A stretch of 64,000 nt of DNA from Squalus acanthias (GCA_030390025.1 CM059432.1:19222001-19286000); one strand, 5' to 3'; shown: positions 1 through 12,172, counted from the first letter of the stretch. Made by a program: numbers and translations. Notes: generated by a model not told the origin, from the sequence alone.

Positions 1-1099
1 GTCGCTGTCTCCACCATCTGCTGATGCTCACTTGTGCACTGTGATAGACTATGTGGCAACACTACGCTAGCTCGCGAGGGCCCCACCGAGGTGTGCGTTG
101 CTGCACTGGTGCTGGGTGCACTGAGTCCTGGTGACGCTGCTCCATCAGAGGTTTCAGATTCCTCTGAGGAGATGTCCGGGTCTTCGTCCTGGATCGTGGG
201 GAGGGGGGTGCTCAATGGTCCTGTGGGAGAGTAAAGGCTTGAAGTCGACATCTGATATTGATGTAGCAGACACATCCTTTTGAGCAGATGATACAAAGCG
301 ATTCTCTATGAACATCATATTCCATTGCTTTCTGAGAGGGATGAAATTCTATTATGTCACCAGCTTCCTCTAGTGTGCCCGTCTCTCTGTCGCCCACTTC
401 CAGATCCTCGCCACCCCCAACAATCTTGTTTGATGCCTCCTCAGCACTGGTCAATGTTGCAACGGTAGGTGTTCCTCCTCCAGTCATTGCTCTCTCCCTC
501 TTATTGTGGGCTATCTTTTCCTGCAAGGAGGGACACAAGCAGTGTTTCAGTCACAATGATGGAGTGAGTGTAATTAATCCCTACCATCGAAGCTTTGAGT
601 GAGACGAAGATGGGGTAAGGTCCCAAGAGGAAGCTCCCTGTGCGTTGTTAGTTGTTGTCACTGCATGACAGTGAGAGCGAGTCTAAGGGGTGCATAGGCA
701 GGATGCTGGAGTGATTCAGTGCAGAGACAGAGATGGATAGGAAAGGGTGCAAGGGAAGTAAGAGTAAGGTGGGATGTGAAGGAGAGGCTTCCAACGCAGA
801 GTGCTGGTGATGAGAAGAGAAGGGAAGCAGAGTGAAGGCAAGTGAGATGGGATACTCACTTTTGATGTTCTCACAAGATCATTAAGCCTTTTGCGGCACT
901 GGATCCATGACCATGCATATATGGACCTAGTGCTCACCTCCTGAGCAATGCACAGTCAGGCTGCCTTGGTCTGCTGAGGAGGCTTCCTCCAGCCGTCCGG
1001 AGGGAAGAGAATCTCCCTGCACCCTCTGACAGCATCCACAAGAACTTGAAGGGACTCATCATTAAAACGAGGAGCTGCCTTGCCTCTGGAAGAAGTCAT
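1..1099 (-). pseudogene. Harbinger Myb/SANT-like DNA-binding protein gene, exons 1099-860, 520-361, 220-<1
   Basis: MTSSRGKAAPRFNDESLQVLVDAV...WIQCRKRLNDL motif. GT-AG introns at the same positions as the two other copies. In-frame stop in exon 1 (W codon to TGA). Confidence 0.8.
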
Positions 1100-1359
1100 A
1101 GCTTTGAAAAGAAGTGCAGGAAACCACAATAGAAAGGCTCAGACTGGACGGCAGCTTTAAAAGCAGCTGCTATTATGACGTCATCAGAGGTGGCCAGCCG
1201 ACCCGATCCCACTCATTGGACGAGCCAACGCACCCCCATGAAATTAACAAGGTACTTGAAAAAATCGCAACTCTGCAGCTGTTCCCGCCGGAAGCGGCTC
1301 CCGAACCCGCCCACCACGCAACCCGACTCCAACCCGCCTCGGGAATTAAAATCGAGCCC
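1..1359 (-). mobile_element. PIF/Harbinger DNA transposon, partial (Myb-gene end; rest lies outside the window)
   Basis: Ends in AAAATCGAGCCC (TIR GGGCTCGATTTT, same as the MITE at 60108). Homologous to the Myb/SANT half of the elements at 40845 and 54228. Confidence 0.85.
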
Positions 1360-1705
1360 ATGAATTCAAATCCCACCACGGCAGCTGGGGAATTTAAATT
1401 CAGTTAATTAAATAAACCTAGAATATAAAGCTAGTATCAGTAATGGTGCCCACTGAAACTATCGGATTGTCGTAAAAGCCCATCTGGTTCACTAATGTCC
1501 TTTAGAGAAGGAAATCTGCCGTCCTTACCTGGTCTGGCCGATATGTGACTCCAGACCCACAGCAGTGTGGTTGACTCTTAACTGCCCTCTGAAATGGCCT
1601 AGCAAGCCACTCATTTGTATAAGGTGGCTCACCATCATGTTCTCAAGGGCAATAAATGCTGGCCTTTCCAACAACACCCACATCCCATGAACTAAAAATA
1701 AAAAT
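1360..1705 (+). mobile_element. tRNA-derived SINE, 5' head cut by the Harbinger element
   Basis: B-box-like TTCAAATCCC, conserved-looking core CTGGTTCACTAATGTCCTTTAG...GTGACTCCAGACCC, and a 3' tail (CTCAAGGGCAATAAATGCTGGCC...CACATCCCATGAAC-A-rich) shared with the LINE at 12303-13162. Confidence 0.7.
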
Positions 1706-2092
1706 GACTTAATATACACATATATAAAATAATTGGCTTCTACTGACTTAACAGGAGTCAAAGTTTTCAACGCTAACCACTTAAGTTAGCTAAACTTATA
1801 TTTTGAAATGGTAACAGACTTTTCTACAGGAATTATTTTTTCAGTACTATACAATGTCATATTAACAGTGAATAATAAATTTAAACCATTAATTTATAGG
1901 GATTTTTCTGGCAGAAATAAGTGAAAACCTCTTTGCTATAAGACTACTGGATCTTGACTTTCTATCCTTTTTAATTCATAGGAACATCACAATGTAAAGG
2001 ACCAGAAGAGACCATTAAAATCCATATGGCCAGTCTAAAACGTTCTAAAAATACACCACTCTAACTTTCATACCACTCCACCCATCTAGGAG

Positions 2093-2170
2093 CATAGGAA
2101 CAGGAGTAGGCCATTCAGTCCCTCGAGCTTGTACCGCCATTCAATTAGATCATGGCTGATCTGTATCTGA
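2093..2170 (-). mobile_element. CR1 LINE 3' UTR fragment
   Basis: CATAGGAACAGGAGTAGGCCATTCAG...GATCATGGCTGATC matches the 3' ends of other CR1 copies here. Confidence 0.65.
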
Positions 2171-2695
2171 ACTCTCGCTGCCAAATGTCTATCAGTTCCC
2201 CCTGGAATTTTCTAACACTGTGGGGGTTCTTTGACGGTAGCGCAAAACAGGCGATAACGAATCAGCAGCCCGATTTACACGCTGCCCATTAAATCGTTTT
2301 TATTTTTAGTGCCTAGTCTTTAGTACAGGGACACAATACACACTTAAAGGAACTCCAATAATTGCATTTATCAGTCTAATTCTAAAGTTTACGAATGGAG
2401 ATACCTGGACATTTAAGGGTGCCTACTGGTCATACTTTATTCCCATGAACAAATCCAAAGTGAATGCAATTCAAAACCAAAAGGGATCTGAATTTGATCA
2501 TTTAATTCTAATTAATGAGTTGCAGCATTTTTTCCCAATTCAGAACATTTTGGGACCATGTCCAGTTCAGTTTATCAGGTTTCATTATGTCTGGTGGTCG
2601 CTCTCATATACTTTAATCATTGACTTTGGGCTGCTGATTCGCTATCAGCCATTTTGTGCTACTGCCAATGATCAATTTCACCCACTATCTGTTTA

Positions 2696-4932
2696 TAGAA
2701 TCATAAAATGGTTACAGCACGGAAGAAGGCCATTCGGCCTGTCGAGCCCATGCTGGCTCTCTGCAAGAGCACTTCAGCTAGTCCCACTTCCCCACCCTTT
2801 CCCCGTAGCTCTGCAAATTTTTTCCTTCAGATACTTATCCAACTCCCTTTTGAAAGATAAGATTGAGTCTGCCTCCATCACCCTTTTAGGAAGTGCATTC
2901 CAGATCTTAACCACTCGCTGCGTAATTTTTTTTTTCTTATGTTGTCTTTGGTTCTTTTACTAATCACTTTAAATCTGTGTCCTCTGGTTCTTGACCCTTC
3001 TGCCAATGGGAACAGTTTCTCTCTATCTACTCTGTCTAGACCCCTCATGATTTTAAACACCTCTATCAAATCTCCTCTGAATCTTCTCTGCTCCATGGAG
3101 AACAACCCCAGCTTCTCCAGTCTATCAACATAACTGAAGTCCCTCATTCCTGAAATCATTCTCGTAAATCTTTTCTGCACCTTCTCTTGAAGGGATATTT
3201 ACTAGTCCTAGCCCCTTTGGGGCTATCCCGGATCAGACGTATTTCTCAGACGTTCACTTTCAACTAAAGTTTGAGGTAGCCGAATCCTAAAGTCGCTTAA
3301 TTGGGTCTAAAGGTCCGGGCTATCTCTCCCTAAAGGAAAAGAACAACCCAAGAATGTTACCATCCTCCAGATAGCGCTTTTAATAAGTTTAGCTAGACTG
3401 TAACGTCCCGGATATTATGAGGGTCCGGAAAACTCCCTCAGAATTCTGTAACTTTTCACCAAAGAGTGTACAGAGATTGAATTCACGAGTTATTGATACA
3501 GAAGACTTATGTGAGACAATTCTAAAAATATATAGAGATTTATTAAAAGAACCGACATGCAATTTACAGTTGGTGAATCAGTCAATCGCAACGTTAACAG
3601 TTCTGAAAAGAGAAAAAGTACTATCTTATTATTAACAGAGAATCTTACTTTTAAATCTTAACTTTGCTACAGTATTACAGTTCTTAAAATTTTCTATACA
3701 GGATATCCATCAATATCAAATACCTTTGATCCCCGAGGTACAAAGATTTGGAGACCACAGAGCCACCTCTGTGGTCAAAAATTGCCTTGCCCGATTAAAG
3801 CGAGTCTGCTATCCCATTTGAAACTTCAATATTTATACCCTTTTCCAGTTGTATTTCCTTTTAGGTTTTCTGCTGATGCAAGTCAATTATCCCTATTCAT
3901 CTTTCTGCCGACCTCTGTAATTCTTACTGCCACATCAGCTTGTAATATTCCAGAATCTTGTCTCATCTCCAGGTGTTCTGAGTTTACCATATAGAATGAT
4001 GTGAAGGGCAGGTGTTCCTTATTTTATGTGCCATCTTTACAAAGTTTAAATTAAAACACCTTAATCCAGTATGGACCATTGTTTTTGTTCCCAAAGGTCA
4101 GCCTGTCGGAGCCATGCACCTTCTGTTTCAATAAGGTTATTTATTCAGGGTCAACAACTGTTTTATCTCAATAGCCAGAATTCTTTCATAGCTATTTCAT
4201 GGTTAGGTCTCTAAATTTCCAAACCCAGTTTGTCATATTTTAATAAGGCCAGAATTCTTTCATAAGATAGTGTATTTTTCTGAATAGGTTATATGGCTTA
4301 TTCCTTCACACTCTCAGGCCTTCACATCCTTCCTAAAATGTGGTGCCCAGAATTGGACACAATACTCCAGTTTGGGCCGAACCAGTGTTTTATACAGGTT
4401 CATCATAATTTCCACACTTTTGTACTCTATACCTCTATTTATAAAACCCAGGATCCCGTAAGCCTTTTTAGCTGCTTTCTCAACCTGCCCTGCCACCTTC
4501 AACGATTTGTACACGCATACCCCTAGGTCTCTCTGTTCATGCACCCACTTTAGGATTGTATCATTTAGTTTATATATCCTTTCCTCATTCTTTCTACCAA
4601 AATGTATCACTTCACACGTTTCTGCATTAAATTTCATCTGCCACATGTCCGCCCATTTCACCAGCCTGTCTATATCTTCCTGAAGTCTATCACTCTCTAC
4701 TTCATTGTTCACTATACTTCCACGTTTTGTGTCATCTGCAAATTTTGAAATTGTGCCCTGTGCACCCATGTCCAAGTCATTAATATATATCAAGAAAAGC
4801 AGTGGCCCTAGAACTGACCCCTGGGGAACACTACTGTATACCTTCCTCCAGTCCGAAAAACAACCGTTCACCCCTACTCTCTGTTTCCTGTCACTTAGCC
4901 AATTTCGTATCCATGCTGCCACTGTCCCTTTT
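2696..4932 (-). mobile_element. 5'-truncated CR1 LINE (RT C-terminal half and 3' UTR), split by a solo LTR at 3188-4310
   Basis: ORFs 4314-4922 (VPQGSVLGP, KFADDTK, YCVQFWAP) and 2878-3180 (RFTRMI, LGLFS) are consecutive parts of CR1 ORF2. Confidence 0.9.
3188..4310 (-). mobile_element. Solo LTR (family A), 1123 bp
   Basis: Termini TGAAGG...CCTTCACA, 4-bp TSD CTCT (3184-3187 and 4311-4314), cleanly interrupts a CR1. TATA-like motif (~3835) and AATAAA (3539-3544) on the minus strand. Homologous to 6544-12011. Confidence 0.8.
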
Positions 4933-5235
4933 ATTCTGTTCTACTCCCTCACAAACTGAACTGTTCCCTATATGCATCACTGTCCATGTAAACTAGTTAT
5001 ATTGAAATTTAAATTGTCTGTTTCACCTCTCTCTCTCTTCGAGCCTGAGTCTATTGCTACCTATTTCTATGACACCTGATGAGCTTTCCAGTTAGATGTG
5101 CTATCTTCACCAAGTTATTAACAATTCACATCACATGTAGCCATGACAACAGGAAAGATATTTGTTCTCAAGAAATATATTATAATGGGACAGCAATGTA
5201 ATACCAGTTTCATAAAATGCCATATACTGGACACA

Positions 5236-5520
5236 CCTAGAAGGACAAGGGCAGCAGGCACATGGGAACAGCACCACCTCCAAGTACCACTCCAAGTCAC
5301 ACACCATCCTGACTTAGAAGTATATCGCCATTCCTTCATTGTCGCTGGGCCAAAATCGTGGAACTCCCTCCCTAACAGCACTGTGGGAGTACATTCACCA
5401 CACCGACTGCAACGGTTCAAGAAGGCGTCTCACCACCACCTTCTCAAGGGCAACTGGGGACGGGCATTAAATGCTGGCCTTGCCAGCGACGCCCACATCC
5501 CATGAACGAAGTTTTAAAAA
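5236..5520 (+). mobile_element. 3' fragment of a second LINE lineage (CR1/Jockey-group)
   Basis: Matches 12875-13160 (PRRTRAAG...KSWNSLP...HHHLLKGN plus tail). Confidence 0.8.
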
Positions 5521-5610
5521 CACACGGTGGTCGATGGCACTGCAGCAACATTGTGCAGAGCCAGGGAATGGTGGCAGGTGGGGTCCAACACTTCTGTGTT
5601 GGATCCAACA

Positions 5611-5714
5611 GTTCTGACGAAGGGTCATCGACCTGAAACATTAACTCTGTTTCTCTCTCCACAGATGCTGCCTGACCTGCTGAGTATTTCCAGCATTTTC
5701 TGTTTTTATTTCAG
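5611..5714 (+). mobile_element. Short Penelope-LTR-derived insertion with hammerhead ribozyme motif
   Basis: CTGACGA-AGGGTCATCGACCT-GAAAC; similar to the Penelope repeat at 33545-33650; 10-bp TSD GGATCCAACA (5601-5610 and 5715-5724). Confidence 0.75.
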
Positions 5715-7029
5715 GGATCCAACAATTGCGGTATTCCTGCTTTCACTCGCACCACCGTGGGAAAGCACCAGCTGGAGACCTGGAACTTCTGCACAGGATG
5801 GGAGGGAAGGTAACAAAAAAAAATATCGGAGGGAGAGTCACCTCCAAGGCCACTCTTACACCACATTACCTGTACCAATTTTTATGTTACACTGGTGTCG
5901 GCAACAGCACAGGTTGCTCGCTTTGCCCATCAGTCCAACGAATGGAACACAGTGAGTGGGAACACATACCATCTGTGCATTTACCTGAAACTGTTTCATA
6001 TTCATGTTAACAATCATCGATCTGCAATAAATTGAAATGTCCAAGCAAGGTAGCTGTTGGTAAAATAGGGTTCCTTTCTAAGATTTCCTTACCCCAACTG
6101 GCACGCAGGGGGCATACTGCACGACACTGCGTTACACTTCTGTGAACGAGTGCTCATGGGCAATGTAACAGATCATAAAATTAAATGTTAATTGGCAGCA
6201 GATTGGAACTGCGTTCAATTATTATGTAGTCGGCTAAACCTTAATAGTGCATGTTGCTCGCCCTTATTCTTCTCCGTGTTAGGTTAATTAAGATGCATAA
6301 ATTTTTGTCATTTCCAAGCGCTCACACGTAATGGACTCCATTAAGTTTATTTATGATGTAAAAAAAATATCGCAATGGCACCTTGCCAGTTCGGAAAGGA
6401 AATGTTGTTGCCTACAGGAATGTTTTATGTAACCTGGTCAGGGAGCAAAATCCCAGTGAGCTGTTCAAGGTTGGTACAGGAAATGTCAGAGCCAAGCCTT
6501 GAACTGTGCTCCCATATTTGTGGAGGCTCTTTAGCTGCTCTCTTGCAAAGGAATGAGCCATATTCCAGAAAAATATACCATCCTATGAACAGAATTCTGA
6601 CATTATTAAAATATGAAAAACTGGGGTTAAAAATCTAAAAGCCTCAACAACACAAGCTGTAAATACAGGCTTCTGAGATAAGATGAAGTGTTAACACAAA
6701 GCTGTAAACACCATAAAAGCTTTTGAAATGGGAAATGATTATTGACACAGAGACAATGGCCCTATTGAAGAAGCAAAGGCTTGCTTACAAGGAGTCTGCA
6801 GTTTGGAAACAACACAATAGCTATACTTAGTTTAAAGTGTTAAAAGCAAACACTTCGAACAGGAACACAGAACATTAAAAAACCATGTGCCTTTGTAAAA
6901 GTAACATCAAATGAAACAGGACACTTGTAGTGTCCCCCACCCTTCCTCCTCCTCTAACCTAAAGGAGGTGAGTGACTATCAGGTAAGCTCTTTTTTGTTC
7001 TAGTTTAATCTGCAAGTTAGCTGGAGGGG

Positions 7030-7956
7030 ATGGCAGGGGAGGCAGTGAAATGTTCCTCCTGCAGAATGTTTGAGGTGAGGGAAGCCGTAGGTGTCCCTGC
7101 TGATTACACCTGTGGGAAGTGCACCCATCTCCAGCTCCTCGAAAACCGTGTTAGGGAACTGGAGCTGGAGCTGGATGAACTTCGGATCATTCGGGAGGCA
7201 GAGGAGGTCATAGATAGAAGCTTCAGGGATGTAATTACTCCAAAGCATGAAGATAGATGGGTGACAGTGAGAGGGGCTAGGAGGAAGCAGTCAGTGCAGG
7301 GATCCTCTGTGGTCGTTCCCCTCAGTAACAGGTATACCGCTTTGAATACTGTTGAGGGGGACGACTTACCAGTGGTAAGCCATGGTGACTGGATCTCCGG
7401 CGCTGGGTCCGTCCCTGTGGCTCAGAAGGGAAGGGGGGAGAGCAGGAGAGCAATAGTTATTGGGGACTCAATAGTCAGAGGGACAGATAGGAGGTTCTGT
7501 GGCAGCAAAAGAGACTCACAGATGGTATGTTGCCTCCTGGGTGCCAGGGTCCGTGACGTCTCGGACCGTGTTTTCAGAATCCTCAAAGGGGAGGGGGAAC
7601 AATCACAAGTCGTGGTACACATCGGTACCAACGACATAGGTAGGAGAAGGGACGGGGATTTAAAACAGGAATTTAGGGAGCTAGGTTGGAAGCTGAAAGC
7701 CAGTACAAACCATGTTGTAATTTCTGGTTTGTTGCCGGTGCCACGTGCTAGCGAGTTGAGGAACAGGGAGAGAGTGCAGATAAACACGTGGCTGCAGGGA
7801 TGGTGTAGCGGGGAGGGTTTCAGTTATGTGGATAATTGGAGCACATTCTGGGGAAGGTGGGACCTGTACAAACAGGATGGTTTGCACCTGAACCAGAGGG
7901 GCACCAATATCCTGGGAGGGAAATTTGCTACGGCTCTTCGGGGGGGTTTAAACTAA
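7030..7956 (+). CDS. CR1 ORF1p: zinc finger/leucine zipper plus SGNH (GDSL-type) esterase domain, 308 aa
   Basis: CSSC...CGKC, heptad LLENRVRELELELDEL, GDSIVRG, HIGTND and DGLH motifs; intact ORF. Confidence 0.92.
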   Translation: MAGEAVKCSSCRMFEVREAVGVPADYTCGKCTHLQLLENRVRELELELDELRIIREAEEVIDRSFRDVITPKHEDRWVTVRGARRKQSVQGSSVVVPLSNRYTALNTVEGDDLPVVSHGDWISGAGSVPVAQKGRGESRRAIVIGDSIVRGTDRRFCGSKRDSQMVCCLLGARVRDVSDRVFRILKGEGEQSQVVVHIGTNDIGRRRDGDLKQEFRELGWKLKASTNHVVISGLLPVPRASELRNRERVQINTWLQGWCSGEGFSYVDNWSTFWGRWDLYKQDGLHLNQRGTNILGGKFATALRGGLN

Positions 7957-10852
7957 TTTGTCAGGGGGATGGGAAAAAGGGCTGTAGTCCAGGAGCCAGT
8001 GGTGAGTGTAGGGAGGTACTGAGGAGGGTATCAAGGTCGCAGGAATGTACCGGCAGACAGGAAGATGGCTTGAAGTGTGTCTACTTCAATGCAAGGAGCA
8101 TCCGGAATAAGGAAGGAGAACTTGGAGCGTGGATTGGTACTTGGGACTACGATGTGGTGGCCATTACGGAGACATGGTTAGAACAGGGACAGGAATGGTT
8201 GTTGGAAGTTCCGGGGTATAGATGTTTCAGTAAGAGTAGGGAAGTTGGTAAGAAAGGTGGAGGAGTAGCATTGTTAATCAAGGATAGTTTAACAGCGGCA
8301 GAAAGGCAGTTCGAGGGGGATCTGCCGTCTGAGGTAATATGGGCTGAAGTTAGAAATAGGAAAGGAGCGGTCACGTTGTTAGGAGTTTTCTACAGGCCCC
8401 CAAATAGTAATAGAGATGTGGAGGAAGAAATTGCAAAGCAGATTATGAATAGGTGTGGAGGTCACAGAGTAGTTGTCATGGGTGACTTCAACTTTCCAAA
8501 TATTGATTGGAACCTTTATAGGTCAAACAGTTCGGATGGGATAGTTTTTGCACAGTGTGTGCAGGAGGGTTTCCTGACACAATATGTGGATAGGCCGACA
8601 AGAGCTGGGGCCACGTTGGATTTGGTACTGGGTAATGAACCGGGCCAAGTGTTTGATTTGTATGTGGGAGAGCACTTTGGAGATAGTGACCACAATTCGG
8701 TAACTTTCACTATTGCAATGGAGAGGGATAGGGCCATACGGCAGGGCAGGGTTTATAATTGGGGGAGGGGTAATTATGATGCGATTAGGCAAGAATTAGG
8801 GAGTATAAGATGGGAACAGAAACTATCAGGGAAAGGCACAAACGAAAAGTGGAGCTTTTTCATGGAGCAATTACTGCATGTCCTTGATAGGTATGTCCCT
8901 GTCAGGCAGGGAGGAAATGGCCGAGTGAGAGAACCATGGTTCACAAAAGAGGTTGAATGTCTAGTCAAGAGGAAAAAGGAAGCGTATGTAAGGATGAGAA
9001 AACAAGGTTCAGTTGGGTCGATTGAGGGGTACAAGGTAGCAAGGAATGAGCTAAAAAAAGAGCTTAGGAGAGCTAGGAGGGGGCATGAGAAGTCCTTGGC
9101 GGGTCGGATCAAGAAAAACCCCAAGGCCTTTTACTCTTATGTGAGAAATAAAAGAATGACCAGGGTGAGGGTAGGGCCGGTCAAGGACAGTAGTGGGAAC
9201 TTGTGCATGGAGTCAGAAGAGATAGGAGAGGTGATGAATGAATACTTTTCGTCAGTGTTCACCGAGGAGAGGGGCCATGTTCTTGAGGATGAGAGTGTGA
9301 TAAAGGTGGATAGGCTGGAGGTGGTAGATGTTCTGAGGGAAGATGTTTTAGCAATTTTGAAGAACCTGAGGGTCGATAAGTCCCCTGGGCCAGATGGGAT
9401 ATATCCTAGGATTCTTTGGGAGGCAAGGGAGGAGATTGCAGAGCCTCTGGCTTTGATCTTTGGGTCCTCACTGTCCACGGGGATGGTGCCAGAGGACTGG
9501 AGAGTGGCGAATGTTGTTCCTCTCTTCAAGAAAGGAAATAGGAATGACCCTGTTAATTATAGGCCGGTTAGTCTTACTTCGGTGGTTGGTAAGATAATGG
9601 AAAAGGTCCTGAGGGATAGGATTTATGACCATTTGGAAAGGGGCAACTTAATCAGGGATAGTCAACAGGGATTCGTGAAGGGTAAGTCTTGCCTAACAAA
9701 TTTGATTGAATTCTTTGAGGAGGTAACTAAGTGTGTAGACGAAGGTAGAGCAGTTGATGTCGCATACATGGATTTTAGTAAGGCGTTTGATAGGGTTCCC
9801 CATGGTCGGCTCATGAAGAAAGTACGGAGTTGTGGGATAGAGGGAAATTTGGTCGATTGGATAAGTAACTGGCTATCTCATAGAAGGCAGAGGGTGGTGG
9901 TGGATGGAGCATTTTCGGACTGGAGACCAGTTACCAGCGGTGTGCCACAGGGGTCAGTGCTGGGTCCTCTGCTGTTTGTGATTTTTATCAATGACTTGGA
10001 GGAGGGGACTGAAGGGTGGATCAGTAAATTTGCTGATGACACCAAGATTGGTGGAGCAGTGGATGAGGTGGAGGGCTGTTGTAGGCTGCAAAGAGACATT
10101 GATAGGATGCAGAGCTGGGCCGAAAAATGGCATATGGAATTTAACCCTGATAAGTGCGAGGTGATTCATTTTGGTAGGGCAAATTTGAATAAGGATTACA
10201 GGGTCAACGGCAGGGTTCTGAGGAACGTGGAGGAACAGAGGGATCTGGGGGTTCATATCCACAGATCTCTGAAGGTTGCCACTCAAGTGGATAGAGCAGT
10301 AAAGAAGGCCTATGGTGTGTTGGCGTTTATTAACAGAGGGTTTGAGTTTAAGAACCGTGAGGTTATGCTGCAACTGTACAGGACCTTGGTGAGACCACAT
10401 TTGGAATATTGTGTGCAGTTCTGGTCACCTCACTATAGGAAGGACGTGGAAGCATTGGAAAGAGTGCAAAGGAGATTTACCAGGATGCTGCCTGGTTTGG
10501 GGGGGAGGTCTTATGAGGAAAGATTGAGGGAGTTGGGGCTTTTCTCTTTAGAGAGGAGGAGGATGAGAGGCGACTTAATAGAGGTTTATAAGATGATGAG
10601 GGGGATAGATAGAGTGGATGTTCAGAGACTATTTCCTCGGGTAGAGGCAGCTGTTACAAGGGGCATAATTATAAGGTGCATGGGGGGAGATATAGAAGGG
10701 ATGTCCGAGGTAGATTCTTTACTCAGAGAGTGGTTGGGGTGTGGAATGGACTGCCTGCTGTGATAGTGGAGTCGGACACTTTAGGAACTTTCAAGTGGTT
10801 ATTGGATAAGCACATGGAGCACACCAGAGTGATAGGGAGTGTGATAGCTTGA
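7947..10852 (+). CDS. CR1 ORF2p: APE endonuclease plus reverse transcriptase (1-bp deletion near 10662 shifts the C-terminus)
   Basis: YFNARSI, ITETW, YRPP, GDFN, SDH (EN); YRPVSLTS, VPQGSVLGP, FADD (RT). Lies in the -1 frame relative to ORF1 with no ATG upstream of the EN domain. Confidence 0.92.
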
Positions 10853-12043
10853 TCTGGGTCTCGGACAATGCTCGGCACAACATCGAGGGCCGAAGGGCCT
10901 GTACTGTGCTGTACTGTTCTATGTTCTATGTTCTATATATACAACCAATTGAAGTAGCTAAGAAATGCATGGAACACCCTGGTTGAAGTGGGTTTGTTTT
11001 ATATATTGTAAATATGATACCGACAGAACACTTTGAAGATATAATATCAATAGATGTACCAAGCAATCACATTGTGTTTGTATTGAACTTGGCAGAGTTG
11101 GGAGACATGACGTCTGCTTATAACCAGTTAAGTGGATATTAAGAATTCAATAGAAGACCTCGTAAGAATGGCATCAAATAGATAAATCTGTTCAACCATA
11201 TTTGATGATAAGTTATGAAACACCTATACAGCAGACAGGATTCTGAGAGTTAGCAGCTGAACTAACAGTAAGAATAGAAAGAAGTCAACAGAAAGACTGA
11301 CTAGAGATAATTAGCTTACATCAGCAGAAAACTTCAAAGGAGATACCACTGCAAAAAGAGTATAAGATATGGGATTTTTAAATGGGAAAACAGAAGTCGC
11401 TGGAAAGGACAGGCGATTCTCAGCTTCAGAGGCAGGCTCTATAAGTTTTTAACTCTTTAGAGTCTCGGGGATCAAATGGTACTTTAATTGATTTTGGTGG
11501 ATATTCTGGATTAAGAATAAGACTTAGAAATATAAAAATGTAATGAAGTTAAGATTTGAGAATAAGGATCTCTGAGAATAGAATTGTAAGCTATTTGTAT
11601 TTTGAACTGTTAAAGTTGTGATTGACTCATCAACTGTTAACTAAATGTCGGTTCCTTAATAGATCTATATATTTTTAGAATTGTCTCACAGAGTATTTCT
11701 GTATCAACCTTGCGAACTCAAATCTCTGTACACTCTTTTGTGAGGAGTTGCAGAATTCTGGGGGGGTTTCCAGACCCTCATAATATCCGGAAGGTTACAG
11801 TCTAGTTAAACTTATTAAAAGTGCTATCTGGAGGACGGTAATATATTCAAGTCATTTCTTTCCTTTAGGGAGAGATAGTCTGGACCTTTAGACCCAATTA
11901 AGCGTCTTATACGATTCGGCTATCTCTAACTTTAGTTGAAGGGGAACGTCTGGGTAATACGCCTGATCTGGGGTAGCCCAAGAAGGGCTAGGACTTGTAA
12001 TTATCCCTTCACTCTCACACTCTTAGATAAGGTGCAAGAAAAG

Positions 12044-12172
12044 CTGACGAAGGGTCACAGGCCTGAAACATTAACTTGGTTTCTCTCTCCACGATGCTGC
12101 CTGACCTGTTGAGTGTTTCTAGCATTTTCTGCTGTTGTTTCAGATTTCCAGCATCCACAGTATTTTGCTATT
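12044..12172 (+). mobile_element. Short Penelope-LTR-derived insertion with hammerhead ribozyme motif
   Basis: Starts at CTGACGA-AGGGTCACAGGCCT-GAAAC; 11/12 TSD GT(G/A)CAAGAAAAG (12032-12043 and 12173-12184). Confidence 0.72.

Larger units (their letters stand above)
6921..10936 (+). mobile_element. Near-full-length young CR1 LINE (5' UTR truncated)
   Basis: ORF1 plus ORF2, 3' hairpin GGGCCGAAGGGCC and (TGTTCTA)n tail; nearly identical to the rearranged copy at 27386-32557. Confidence 0.95.
6544..12011 (+). mobile_element. Solo LTR (family A), interrupted by a young CR1 (6921-10936)
   Basis: Diverged reverse-complement homolog of 3188-4310; termini TGCAAAGG...CCCTTCA; TSD CTCT (6540-6543 and 12012-12015). 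Confidence 0.78.

Noticed and set aside
8147..10400. Antisense ORFs repeated in both young CR1 copies
   Set aside because: Shadow frames of ORF2; they recur only because the copies are near-identical.
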